NCBI GenBank assembly: GCA_038870635.1
Contig: JAVZJR010000004.1
Coordinates: 40,406-104,405, forward strand
Direction of reading: 5' to 3'
Source of the DNA: Candidatus Bilamarchaeaceae archaeon
GTDB lineage: Archaea; Micrarchaeota; Micrarchaeia; Anstonellales; Bilamarchaeaceae
DNA: 64,000 nucleotides
Position numbers and translations under genes: made by a program. The notes under the pieces were generated by a model. That model saw only the letters and a program-made list of their open reading frames with translations, was not told where the DNA came from and made no database searches. Numbering within the stretch: position 1 is the stretch's first letter; every line of letters begins with the position of its first letter. Positions 35,538 through 48,911 of this stretch are shown here, piece after piece.

Positions 35538-36815
35538 ATGATAGATATTGAATTAATTAGAGAAAATATAGATGTTGTTATTAAATCTTTGAATGATAGA
35601 AATCAGGTCAATCTAGTTCCTGTTGTCAATGAGATTAAATCTTTAGATGATGAGTGGAGAATAAAGAAAAAAGAAGAAGACAAGTTTCGTACGTTGAGAA
35701 ATCAATTAAGCAACAAAATAAATGAAAAGAAAAAGAAAAAAGAAGATTGTTCTTCAGAAATCGCAGAAGCTGCAGAAATAGCAAAAAAAATCGATAATAT
35801 AAAAATTGAAACAGAGGCTTTATTAAAAAAAAGAGATTTTTTACTGCTTACTATTCCAGCAATTCCTCATTCAAGTGTGCCAGTTGGAAAAGATGAAAAA
35901 GATAACGTTGAAGTAAGAAGGTGGGGTACGCCTCAAAAAAAAGCAGAAGATGTTCTTTCTCATTATGAGATTGGATTGAAAACTGATTTAATAGATTATG
36001 AACGAGGAGTAAAGTTAGCAGAACATCGGTTTTCTGTTTTAAAAGGTGATTTAGCAAAATTAGAACGCGCTTTGATAAATTTTATGTTATCTGTTCAAAT
36101 AACCCATGGTTATAAGGAATATGCTCTTCCGTATCTTGTGAATACAAAGACTATGACCGGAACAGGGCAATTACCCAAATTTGCAGAAGAATTATACAAA
36201 TGTAAAGATGATGATCTTTGGTTGATTCCGACAGCAGAAGTTCCGTTAACTAATCTTTATGCAGGAGAAATTATAGAAGAAAAAAATTTGCCTTTGAAAT
36301 TAACCGCATTCACTCCTTGTTTTAGAAGAGAAGCAGGTGCATATGGAAAAGATATTCATGGTTTGATAAGACAACATCAATTCGACAAAGTTGAATTGGT
36401 TAAAATAGCACATCCTGAAAATAGTTATGATGAGCTTGAGACTCTTACTTTAGATGCTGAGAGGATATTGCAGTTGTTAGATTTGCCTTATCGTACTGTT
36501 TTGCTGTGTACCGGTGATATGGGTTTTGCTTCTACTAAAACATATGATATTGAGGTATGGTTACCAAGTGAAAATAGATATCGTGAAATATCTTCATGCT
36601 CTAATTGTGGTGACTTTCAAGCAAGAAGGGCGAATATAAAGTATCGCGGTAAAGATGGAAAGCTTCACTATGTCCATACTCTTAATGGAAGCGGACTGGC
36701 AGTAGGAAGAACTCTTTTGGCCATCCTTGAGAATTATCAAGAAGATAAAAGCATAATAAAAATACCAAAAGTGCTGCAAGATTTTATGGGCAAGGAAGAG
36801 ATATCTTTGTTCTAA
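35538..36815 (+). CDS. serS: Seryl-tRNA synthetase (standard type)
   Basis: TGQLPKF, PTAEVP, FRREAG, RQHQFDKVE, EISSCSNC, HTLNGSGLA. Confidence 0.97.
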   Translation: MIDIELIRENIDVVIKSLNDRNQVNLVPVVNEIKSLDDEWRIKKKEEDKFRTLRNQLSNKINEKKKKKEDCSSEIAEAAEIAKKIDNIKIETEALLKKRDFLLLTIPAIPHSSVPVGKDEKDNVEVRRWGTPQKKAEDVLSHYEIGLKTDLIDYERGVKLAEHRFSVLKGDLAKLERALINFMLSVQITHGYKEYALPYLVNTKTMTGTGQLPKFAEELYKCKDDDLWLIPTAEVPLTNLYAGEIIEEKNLPLKLTAFTPCFRREAGAYGKDIHGLIRQHQFDKVELVKIAHPENSYDELETLTLDAERILQLLDLPYRTVLLCTGDMGFASTKTYDIEVWLPSENRYREISSCSNCGDFQARRANIKYRGKDGKLHYVHTLNGSGLAVGRTLLAILENYQEDKSIIKIPKVLQDFMGKEEISLF

Positions 36816-36853
36816 TCTGTCTATAGGAGCCATTCAAATTATTTATTTGAAAA

Positions 36854-36940
36854 TGAAAATATTGAGCCAATATTTCATGTGATTTTGTAGTGCTGTTTTT
36901 TCAGTATCTGAAAAACTTCTTATTTTATTTGGATCAATGT
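36854..36940. repeat. Direct repeat copy 1 (87 bp; 83/87 identical to 38365-38451)
   Basis: 61 bp perfectly identical (36880-36940 = 38391-38451); the other 26 bp carry four transitions. Confidence 0.9.
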
Positions 36941-36947
36941 TAAGATT

Positions 36948-38147
36948 TCATTTTTTCCAAGCAAGTGTAACCATCGCGAATTTTTTTTCAACTACTTGTT
37001 TTTCCGTAGTTCTTATGTACTTATGTTTTTTTCTTATGTCGTCTGGATTAACTTCAAAACCTGCCTTTATTATTTTTTCTTTTCTATGCTCATACGTTTC
37101 GTGGGCCTCAAAAATATTTAGTTCAACTTTAGTATTTGCGTCATAGTGTAGATTTTGCTGTATTGCTTTTTTTCTTTCCTCTTCTAAACGCTCATGCTCT
37201 TCTTTTAATCTTTTTACTAAATTTTTTATATACAATAACATACCTTCATTTCTTATTTTTTCATCTTCTTTTTTGTTATTCCAATATTGTACTATTTGGG
37301 GCCAGCTTGCTTTTTCGAAAAGATTGATAAAAGAGCACACTTTTTCCTCGTTTATACCAAGGCCTTCCTTTAATAAATAAGCAACGGTTTTAGGCTCATA
37401 CCATATTTCGCTATACCAATCACCTATAATCAAAAAACCATCTTTTTTTATGATATCGTTTATCATTCTTAGATAAGTAGGGAATGAATGATGATGAAAC
37501 ACTGCATTTGACACCACAATATCAAAAACACTTTTTTTTAGAAATTGCAGGTGTTGGTAGTCAGTTGCTGTTATTATTTGGTATTGCACTGTAGGATAAC
37601 TTTTTTGCATTATATCTACGAGGTGTGACGTTGATCTGAATGATGGTTCGATTAGATAAACTTCTATATTACTTAAGCCTCTTTTTCCTATTTCGTCATA
37701 TACCATACTTAATATCGTGGCTGTTGTTTCCCCTGTGCCTGCGCCTATATCAGCCATTATTAATTTTTTCTTGTTTTTTAATTTTTCTATTATTATTGGT
37801 GTTGCAATTTTTCCTATTTCTGTGTTCAATTGTTGGTTTCCTTCACCCAAGTTACTGTCAATAACTGCTTGATGGATCGCTCGGTAGACGGCATCATTTA
37901 CAACCCGCCACTCTTTTGAATATTCTTCTAGTGATTTTATTTCTAATTTTTGTTGAAGCTCCTTTTCTGATAGGTCTATGTCAATTCCCCAATTTTTTAA
38001 CGCTTGTGATGCTATTCTCAATATGCTACCAAGTTTTATAGGAAGGTCTTGTGTTATGGCTTTTATATTTTCATCTATAATTTCTATTTTTTCCATTATC
38101 TCTTCGTTTTTTTTGTTATTTTTAAGATTAGAGCTCATTATCATCAC
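36948..38147 (-). CDS. Class I SAM-dependent methyltransferase
   Basis: MADIGAGTG motif I, YLIEPS, FDIVVSNAVFHH, KKDGFLIIGDW. Confidence 0.85.
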   Translation of the reverse strand: MMIMSSNLKNNKKNEEIMEKIEIIDENIKAITQDLPIKLGSILRIASQALKNWGIDIDLSEKELQQKLEIKSLEEYSKEWRVVNDAVYRAIHQAVIDSNLGEGNQQLNTEIGKIATPIIIEKLKNKKKLIMADIGAGTGETTATILSMVYDEIGKRGLSNIEVYLIEPSFRSTSHLVDIMQKSYPTVQYQIITATDYQHLQFLKKSVFDIVVSNAVFHHHSFPTYLRMINDIIKKDGFLIIGDWYSEIWYEPKTVAYLLKEGLGINEEKVCSFINLFEKASWPQIVQYWNNKKEDEKIRNEGMLLYIKNLVKRLKEEHERLEEERKKAIQQNLHYDANTKVELNIFEAHETYEHRKEKIIKAGFEVNPDDIRKKHKYIRTTEKQVVEKKFAMVTLAWKK

Positions 38148-39307
38148 TCTTTAACGGTAGTGATAAGTCCTACAAAATCAGAAGACGGGTCTACTCTAAA
38201 TGGATTTTTGAAATTTTTTGGTAGTTTTAATATTCTTTCTATTTTTTGTTTATCTACTGTAAATTTATATTCTTTTAGTATTTCTATTCTTTCTTGGATT
38301 GTTGTGTGGGCGCGTAGGAAGTATATTGGTTTTATGTTTTTTAATTCCAATTCATGTAATTGTTTGAAAATATTGAACCAATATTCCGTATGATTTTGTA
38401 GTGCTGTTTTTTCAGTATCTGAAAAACTTCTTATTTTATTTGGATCAATGTCAAAATTTTGTGCAAATTTATTTACAATTTCGTTATTAGGACATATATT
38501 TTTAAGAAGGTTCACAACAAATACGGGGTACTCCCATAATGGAGAGAAATAATCTGCTATTATAAAGACTCCATCATCTTTAAGCACTCTTCTTATTTCC
38601 ATAAGATGGTCTGAAAATGGTTTGCAATGCATGTGAAAATAAGATATTATTAAATCGAATTCCTTATCTTTTTGAGTTACCATAAATTCATCATCAGTTT
38701 TATACTCTGCAGAATAACCGCCTCTTTTTGTTTCACTTATGTTTTTTAATCCATATATCGGCATTTTATTTATAGTTTCCTCAAGTTTTTTTTGATAAGG
38801 TTCTATAAGATAGAATTGTGTATTTTCAATTAGCGTTGGTTCTCTTTCTTTTAAAGTGTTAATTATGGCAAGTGGTACAGAAGCATTTCTGCTACCAATT
38901 ATACTTATTTTTATTAATTCATTTCTTTTTCTTCTTTTTTTTATAGCTTCAAAAGAAATCTCGCTTATTTTATTAACAAGTATGTTCGTATAGTGAGTGT
39001 ATGGTTGTACTATAAGGCCACGTGGATTGATTGTTTTTTCGTTTTGCTCATCTTGACGATCCTTATTAAAAAATTTGTTGAGTTCTTTTAAAAGTTCGTT
39101 TTTATTTTCTTCGGTCGCTTCAAAACCGTAGTTTTTATAATGTCTGCTTGATACTTTTAGCAAGCACCCCGGCCTAATCAATAAGCCACTTCCCTTAAAT
39201 AATTTTGTTATCTCTTCATTAAACGCTTTTATCTCACTTGCATCTGTTCTTATTTTACTTTTTTTGTTATTTTGGTTAAGATCGTTAATTTTTTTTATAG
39301 TGTTCAT
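38144..39307 (-). CDS. Methyltransferase-fold paralog with a degenerate SAM-binding motif
   Basis: ISIIGSRNAS in place of DIGAGTG; YLIEPY, FDLIISYFHMH, RVLKDDGVFIIADY. Confidence 0.75.
   Translation of the reverse strand: MNTIKKINDLNQNNKKSKIRTDASEIKAFNEEITKLFKGSGLLIRPGCLLKVSSRHYKNYGFEATEENKNELLKELNKFFNKDRQDEQNEKTINPRGLIVQPYTHYTNILVNKISEISFEAIKKRRKRNELIKISIIGSRNASVPLAIINTLKEREPTLIENTQFYLIEPYQKKLEETINKMPIYGLKNISETKRGGYSAEYKTDDEFMVTQKDKEFDLIISYFHMHCKPFSDHLMEIRRVLKDDGVFIIADYFSPLWEYPVFVVNLLKNICPNNEIVNKFAQNFDIDPNKIRSFSDTEKTALQNHTEYWFNIFKQLHELELKNIKPIYFLRAHTTIQERIEILKEYKFTVDKQKIERILKLPKNFKNPFRVDPSSDFVGLITTVKE
38365..38451. repeat. Direct repeat copy 2 (inside the degenerate methyltransferase gene)
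   Basis: Matches 36854-36940. Confidence 0.9.
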
Positions 39308-39391
39308 AAGACCACATAAATATTATTTTTTTGAAATAAAAATTTTAAAACTTACTTTTTTTATTTTTACCACATATTATGATTCGTGATA

Positions 39392-39492
39392 TGCGGCTGC
39401 CGGGATTTGAACCCGGGTCATAGGCTTTTTTCGCTTTTAGCTTGGGAAGCCCATATCCTGACCATTGTCTTTTTTATCTAGACTACAGCCGC
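39392..39492 (-). tRNA. tRNA-Gly(CCC) with two introns: 13 nt at 15/16 (39465-39477) and 16 nt at 37/38 (39427-39442)
   Basis: Acceptor GCGGCTG/CAGCCGC-A; T arm CCGGG-TTCAAAT-CCCGG. Removing both BHB-like inserts gives a 72-nt cloverleaf with anticodon loop TTCCCAA. Confidence 0.92.
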
Positions 39493-39500
39493 TTTTTTAA

Positions 39501-39968
39501 CTATTCTTCATTAGAAGCTTTTTGTTGAAGTTTTAACATTCTAGTTTTTACAGTTATTGGAATTGGAACCGCGACTTCTATGAGTTCGACTGTTACTTCT
39601 TCTTTAGATTCATCCACTTTTATCACTTTTGCTTGTTCTCCTTTAAACGGTCCACCTGTTATTTCTACAACATCGCCTGCGCTTAATGTTACTGCTGGTT
39701 GTTTTGATAATGTTAAAAGTTTTTTTATTTCATCTATTTGTATTGGTTGTGGTAGGAAACCTTTTACATGTTTTACTTTTTGTATTAATTTTGCAACAAC
39801 ATTTTTGTCAAATGCTTCTACAAAAATATAACCTTTTATATTTTCCAGGTGGGCTATAGCGTAGACATTTAATTTCTCATTTTTTGCTTTTTTTTCAAGC
39901 ATTTGCACAACTATTCTTTCTTGGCCAGTAGTTACTCTTACTGTATAGATCAAATAATCACCTTTCAA
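39501..39968 (-). CDS. spt5: Transcription elongation factor Spt5 (NusG)
   Basis: TTGQE, KGYIFVE, KOW motif GDVVEITGGPFKGE. Confidence 0.96.
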   Translation of the reverse strand: MKGDYLIYTVRVTTGQERIVVQMLEKKAKNEKLNVYAIAHLENIKGYIFVEAFDKNVVAKLIQKVKHVKGFLPQPIQIDEIKKLLTLSKQPAVTLSAGDVVEITGGPFKGEQAKVIKVDESKEEVTVELIEVAVPIPITVKTRMLKLQQKASNEE

Positions 39969-40126
39969 AATAAACTAAATATTACATATATTATCAAACC
40001 AACTGTTCCAAAAAGAAGAATGCCTAAGCCTGTGACCTTTGCGACTTCAGCAAATTCTTCTGCAGTAGGTTTTCTGGCTATAAGTAAGACACGGTGAATT
40101 CTTCTTAATAATTCTTTTATGTCCAT
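39965..40126 (-). CDS. secE: Protein translocase subunit SecE (Sec61 gamma)
   Basis: Not in the ORF track. 53 aa MDIKELLRRIHRVLLIARKPTAEEFAEVAKVTGLGILLFGTVGLIIYVIFSLF, between ftsZ and spt5. Confidence 0.93.
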   Translation of the reverse strand: MDIKELLRRIHRVLLIARKPTAEEFAEVAKVTGLGILLFGTVGLIIYVIFSLF

Positions 40127-40138
40127 CTACTTCACCTT

Positions 40139-41287
40139 TTAACCTATTATATCAAGATCTAATGTATCTATGTTTATTTCTTTTGTTCCTTCCTCATATT
40201 GAGGGAACCTTACGCCAGCGAGCACAACTAACACACGCATGGAGGTTTTTCTCATATCTTTTTCTATTCTAGACCCCCAAATTATATGCGCTTCAGGATC
40301 TATTCTTTTCGCAGTTTCTGCTACAACATATTCTGCTTCTTTCAGTGTCATATCTTCTCCACCAATAACATTTATTAATGCTCTCTTTGCACTTCTAAGG
40401 TCGGCGTCTAATAATGGAGAATTAAGCGCAGTTTCTACAGCGAGTTTTGCTCTTTCTTCTGGTTTTGCATCTATTGAAGCTTCGCCTAAACCAATGACTG
40501 CATAGCCGGCAGTGCTCAATATTGTCTTAAGGTCAGCAAAATCTACATTTACCAAACCAGAACGAGTTACTAGCTCGGTTATGCCTTTTACCGAACCTGC
40601 TAATACCTCATCGCAAACTTTGAATGCAAGATTAAGAGGAAGGTTTGGTACTAAATTAAGAAGTTTATCATTTTTTATTACTATGACTGTATCTACGTTT
40701 TTTTTCAATTTTTCTAAACCTTTTATTGCATTTTCAAATCTGACTTTTCCTTCCGATGCAAAAGGTAAAGTAACTACTGCAATTGTCAGCGCCCCATTAT
40801 TTTTTGCTATTTCAGCAATAATTGGTGCGCTTCCTGTTCCTGTTCCGCCCCCGAGTCCGCATGTTATAAATACCATAGAGGCATCTTTCAAAACTTCTTT
40901 TATTTCTGCAGCTGACTCTTTAGCCGCTTCTTCTCCTATGATTGGATTAGAACCTGCTCCACGTCCTTGTGTTAGCTTTTTTCCGAGAATTATCTTTTTA
41001 TGTGCTTTTATTTTAAGCAGGTGTCTTGCATCTGTATTCATCCCTATAAGTTTAGCTCCTTTTATCCCCATCTCGAAAAGTCGATCTATCGTATTTGTTC
41101 CACTTCCACCTGCACCAACGACGTATATCTTTTGTTCAGTTTCCGCTAAAAATTTTGCTATTTCTTCATCATCTGAATTTATTTCGGTTCCATCAGTGAA
41201 GTGAAACATGTCTTTTGCTATTTGTTTTCCCTGTTGTATGTTTTGAGTAGTACTTTCATTTTCTTTTTTTATTCCTTCTTCAGACAT
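40139..41287 (-). CDS. ftsZ: Cell division protein FtsZ (FtsZ1 context)
   Basis: GAGGSG, GRGAG, GLGGGTGTG, NVDFAD; ftsZ-secE-spt5 synteny. Confidence 0.97.
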   Translation of the reverse strand: MSEEGIKKENESTTQNIQQGKQIAKDMFHFTDGTEINSDDEEIAKFLAETEQKIYVVGAGGSGTNTIDRLFEMGIKGAKLIGMNTDARHLLKIKAHKKIILGKKLTQGRGAGSNPIIGEEAAKESAAEIKEVLKDASMVFITCGLGGGTGTGSAPIIAEIAKNNGALTIAVVTLPFASEGKVRFENAIKGLEKLKKNVDTVIVIKNDKLLNLVPNLPLNLAFKVCDEVLAGSVKGITELVTRSGLVNVDFADLKTILSTAGYAVIGLGEASIDAKPEERAKLAVETALNSPLLDADLRSAKRALINVIGGEDMTLKEAEYVVAETAKRIDPEAHIIWGSRIEKDMRKTSMRVLVVLAGVRFPQYEEGTKEINIDTLDLDIIG

Positions 41288-41510
41288 TTTTATCACCAAA
41301 ATTTGATGTCATATCATTATAGCAAAAAGTATTTAACTACTCCGTTAGGAAAATTGAGTTTTTCCTCTAAACATATAAACATAAGGTTTCTATTAATAAA
41401 TAGTAGATAAAAAATCCATTTTTGTTAGCCTACTGTCCTAAATGGTTTATAGCATAAAGGCGCAATATTTTTAAATATTCACTATAAAATAATCTGATAC
41501 TTTTGTTTTA

Positions 41511-41542
41511 GGTGGCAGTAGCTTGCATACTAGATGGCCGCC
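41511..41542 (+). promoter_or_regulatory. GC-rich hairpin 5' leader of the rpoH operon
   Basis: GGTGGC/GCCGCC with inner AGTA/TACT, immediately before the GGTGA SD. Confidence 0.35.
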
Positions 41543-41551
41543 GGTTGGTGA

Positions 41552-41830
41552 TTGGTTTTGAAAAGTAAGAAAAAGAAAAAAGAGAGTGTAATAGATGTCT
41601 TATCTTACCATCTTTCACCTAAAATGGAAATAGTAAAAGAGAACGTTAAAAATCAACTTCTTAATAAATTAAAAATAGACGATTTTACCCAACTTCCGCT
41701 TTTTAGGCACAATGACCCTGCTGTGAAAAAATTAGGTGCAAAGCCAGGCGATGTCATAAAGATTTATAGAGAGGATGTCACTGGTAAGTACGTTGTGTAT
41801 CGGTACGTAGTAGAATGTGAAGAGGATTAG
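41552..41830 (+). CDS. rpoH: RNA polymerase subunit H (Rpo5)
   Basis: HLSPKMEI, QLP...NDPAV..LGAKPGDVIKIYR...YRYV. Confidence 0.95.
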   Translation: MVLKSKKKKKESVIDVLSYHLSPKMEIVKENVKNQLLNKLKIDDFTQLPLFRHNDPAVKKLGAKPGDVIKIYREDVTGKYVVYRYVVECEED

Positions 41831-41875
41831 AATTGAAGTTTAATTTATTAATGTTTGTTTTTGGGTGGTGTGTAT

Positions 41876-43336
41876 ATGATTCCAGATTTGATTAATGCAT
41901 ATTTTAGAAGCAATAGTCTTGTTAATCAACAACTTCAATCCTATAACAAATTTATTGATGTTGGTTTACAATCAGTTATTGATAGTATAGGAAAAATACA
42001 AACTAATGTTGAAGGATTTGAGTTGAAACTTGGTAAAATTAGAGTAGAAAAGCCTAGATATTATGAAGTGAGAGGTGGCTACCGACCGATTATGCCTCAA
42101 GAAGCACGGCTTAGAAATATTTCTTATGCTGCACCAGTTTTTTTAGAGATAATCCCGGTTTTTAATGGTATCGAGCGACCTACTTATTCAGACGTTTTTA
42201 TTGGTGAAATCCCAGTTATGCTTAAATCTAAACTGTGTTATCTATTTGGCCTTAGTAGAAATGAACTCATTGAGAACGGCGAGGATCCAGATGACCCTGG
42301 CGGTTATTTTATTATAAACGGGAGCGAGCGAGTGCTTGTAAGTATAGAAGATTTAGTACAAAACAAACTAATGATAAATAGAGAAAAGAAAGGTACTATC
42401 GCTAAGATATTCTCAACTCGTCAAGGTTTTAGAGCACGCTGCGTTGTGGAGAGAAATGTAGAAGGTTTTTATACAGTTGAATTCCCATCCGCACCTCCAG
42501 GTATATCACTTGTTTCTCTTCTAAGAGTTTTGGGAATGGAAAAGGATGAAGATATAAAAAATGAATTTAGCCAGTCTCTTTTAGTACAAAACGATGTGGT
42601 CTTGAATCTTGAAGAGGAAAAGACAAAGACAAGGGACGAGGCAGTGGATGTTTTAAGTAGAAAACTGTCTCCTGGTCAACCTTTAGAATTTAGATTAACT
42701 AGGATGGAAAATCTTTTAGATAATTATTTGTTACCACACATCGGGGTTACCAAAGCAGAGCGTCTGGAAAAAGCAAGATATCTTATAAGGATGGCTGAGC
42801 GTGCAACCCTTGTAGCCCATAAGAAATTACCACAAGATGATAAAGACCATTACGCAAATAAAAGAGTAAAATTGGCCGGAGACCTTATGGAGGAATTATT
42901 TAGATATGCTTTTCAGTTTTTGGTAAAGGATTTGGTTTACCAAGCATCTCGTGCAGATGCACGAGGAAGAAGATTGCAAGTTCACACACTTGTAAGACAA
43001 GATGCTATGGCGGATAGAATAAGATACGCTATGGCCACAGGTAACTGGATTGCTGGCCAAACTGGCGTGTCTCAACTTCTAGATAGAGTGAGTTATCTTT
43101 CTACACTTTCTCATCTTAGAAGAGTTATATCGCCTTTAAGCAAAAAACATCCGCACTTTAAAGCAAGAGATTTGCATGGTACACATATTGGAAAAATCTG
43201 TTCCAATGAAACACCAGAAGGACCTAGTTGTTCATTAGTAAAGAATTTAGCAATTATGGCCGAAGTTTCGATAGGGTATGATGAAGATGAAATAATTAGG
43301 TTACTCCGATCTTATGATGTAAAGATGGAGGGTTAG
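41876..43336 (+). CDS. rpoB2: RNA polymerase subunit B''
   Basis: DPGGYFIINGSERV, DDKDHYANKR, ETPEGPSC.LVKN. Confidence 0.97.
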   Translation: MIPDLINAYFRSNSLVNQQLQSYNKFIDVGLQSVIDSIGKIQTNVEGFELKLGKIRVEKPRYYEVRGGYRPIMPQEARLRNISYAAPVFLEIIPVFNGIERPTYSDVFIGEIPVMLKSKLCYLFGLSRNELIENGEDPDDPGGYFIINGSERVLVSIEDLVQNKLMINREKKGTIAKIFSTRQGFRARCVVERNVEGFYTVEFPSAPPGISLVSLLRVLGMEKDEDIKNEFSQSLLVQNDVVLNLEEEKTKTRDEAVDVLSRKLSPGQPLEFRLTRMENLLDNYLLPHIGVTKAERLEKARYLIRMAERATLVAHKKLPQDDKDHYANKRVKLAGDLMEELFRYAFQFLVKDLVYQASRADARGRRLQVHTLVRQDAMADRIRYAMATGNWIAGQTGVSQLLDRVSYLSTLSHLRRVISPLSKKHPHFKARDLHGTHIGKICSNETPEGPSCSLVKNLAIMAEVSIGYDEDEIIRLLRSYDVKMEG

Positions 43337-43345
43337 GTGTTTAAT

Positions 43346-45166
43346 ATGTCCAAAAAAGAAAAAACAGCTGTTTATCTTAATGGAAAATTTATAGGTTATC
43401 ATCCGGATGGTAAAAGTTTAGCTCAAAGATTGCGTGAAAGACGAAGAATGAATGAACTTAACTATCAAGTGAACATCTACTATAATGCAAATATAAATGA
43501 GCTCCATATAGTAAGCGATAAAGGGCGTGTTAGGCGTCCTTACATCGTAGTGGAAAACGGTAAATCTAGATTAACACCAGAGATAATCAATCGTCTTAGG
43601 AATAATGAACTTACATGGAACCATTTAGTAAGGATGGGTATAATAGAATATCTAGATGCACTTGAAGAAGAGAATGCCTATATAGCTTCAAAGCCAGAGG
43701 AGTTAACACCAGAACATACTCATCTTGATGTTGATCCTGCGAATATATTTGGTGTAGTCGCATCTATTTTACCTTACTGCGAACATAACTCCTCCCCACG
43801 AATTACTATGGCATGTGCTATGAGTAAACAGTCTCTTGGTTTGTATAGTGCAAACTTTAATAGCCGTTACGATACGAGAGCTTATGTTATGTACTACCCA
43901 CAGGAACCTCTGGTGAGGACAAACGTCTATAATGCTCTTAATTTAAAAGAAAAAGCAGCCGGTCAGAATTGTGTTGTAGCTCTTTTGAGTTATAAAGGGT
44001 ATAATTTGGCGGATGCTATAGTGGTTAATAAATCTGCTGTTGATCGTGGTCTCTTGAGAACAGTAATGTTTAGAACCTATGAGACTGAAGAGAGAACTTA
44101 CCCTGGTGGGCAACGTGATATAATTGAACTTCCTACACCTGAAGTGAGCGGGTATAGAGGAGAAGAAGCCTATTCTCATCTTGATGAAGATGGTATAGTT
44201 ATTCCTGAAAGCGAAGTAAAAGGAAAAGACGTGCTTGTAGGTAAAACTTCACCACCTCGTTTTCTTGAAGAAATATCAGTTTTTGGTACTGTAGAGGAAA
44301 AAAAACGAGAAAGTTCCCTTGCATTAAAAGTTGGAGAAGAGGGTAAAGTTGATTCTGTGCTTGTAACTGAAAGTTCTACTGGTAATCGTTTAGTAAAAGT
44401 AAGAATTCGCTCAGTTAAAACTCCAGAAATTGGTGATAAGATAGCTTCACGGCATGGGCAAAAAGGTGTTATTGGTTTGGTAGTACCACACACTGATATG
44501 CCATTCACTGAAAGAGGTATTGTTCCAGATCTTATAGTCAACCCTCATGCAATACCAAGCCGTATGACTGCTGGCCATCTTCTTGAAATGCTTGGGGGAA
44601 AGGCTGGAGCAGTAGGCGGTTTGTTGATGAATGGAAGTTCGTTTAGTGGAAACAAAGAAGATGAATACAGAGAAATTCTTAAGAAAGCTGGCTTTGAAGA
44701 ATTTGGGGAAGAAGTACTTTATGATGGTATAACTGGAAAACCATTGAATGTTAAGATATTTGTTGGTGTTATCTATTACCAACGACTTCATCATCTCGTA
44801 AGTAATAAAATGCATGTGAGGAGTAGAGGCCCAGTGCAACTTCTTACCCACCAACCTACTGAAGGACGGGCACGTGAAGGAGGATTACGATTTGGTGAAA
44901 TGGAACGTGATTGTCTTATTGGTTATGGCGCAAGCATGTTAGTTAAGGAGAGGTTGTTAGAAGAAAGCGACAAAACAGTTCAACTAGTTTGTTCAGAATG
45001 TGGTTCAACAGCAACACACGATTTTGCTAAAAATAAAGATATATGTCCTTTGTGCGGTAGCGACAATGTCCAACCGATTGAAATAAGTTATGCATTTAAA
45101 CTACTTCTTGATGAGATTAAATCTCTTTATATTTTCCCGCGTTTAATTTTAAAAAAGAAGGGGTGA
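43346..45166 (+). CDS. rpoB1: RNA polymerase subunit B'
   Basis: GDKIASRHGQKG, NPHAIPSRMT, GGLRFGEMERD, C-terminal zinc finger. Confidence 0.97.
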   Translation: MSKKEKTAVYLNGKFIGYHPDGKSLAQRLRERRRMNELNYQVNIYYNANINELHIVSDKGRVRRPYIVVENGKSRLTPEIINRLRNNELTWNHLVRMGIIEYLDALEEENAYIASKPEELTPEHTHLDVDPANIFGVVASILPYCEHNSSPRITMACAMSKQSLGLYSANFNSRYDTRAYVMYYPQEPLVRTNVYNALNLKEKAAGQNCVVALLSYKGYNLADAIVVNKSAVDRGLLRTVMFRTYETEERTYPGGQRDIIELPTPEVSGYRGEEAYSHLDEDGIVIPESEVKGKDVLVGKTSPPRFLEEISVFGTVEEKKRESSLALKVGEEGKVDSVLVTESSTGNRLVKVRIRSVKTPEIGDKIASRHGQKGVIGLVVPHTDMPFTERGIVPDLIVNPHAIPSRMTAGHLLEMLGGKAGAVGGLLMNGSSFSGNKEDEYREILKKAGFEEFGEEVLYDGITGKPLNVKIFVGVIYYQRLHHLVSNKMHVRSRGPVQLLTHQPTEGRAREGGLRFGEMERDCLIGYGASMLVKERLLEESDKTVQLVCSECGSTATHDFAKNKDICPLCGSDNVQPIEISYAFKLLLDEIKSLYIFPRLILKKKG

Positions 45167-45171
45167 TGCTT

Positions 45172-48901
<3,730 letters not shown>

Positions 48902-48911
48902 AGGTGGTTTA

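Noticed and set aside
36854..38451. 87-bp repeat pair as a diversity-generating retroelement TR/VR
   Set aside because: The four mismatches are not adenine-specific in either copy or strand, the coding copy is mid-gene, and no reverse transcriptase is in the window.
36816..39392. Methyltransferase pair as an element integrated at the tRNA-Gly 3' end
   Set aside because: No duplicated tRNA 3' end (att site) and no integrase were seen.
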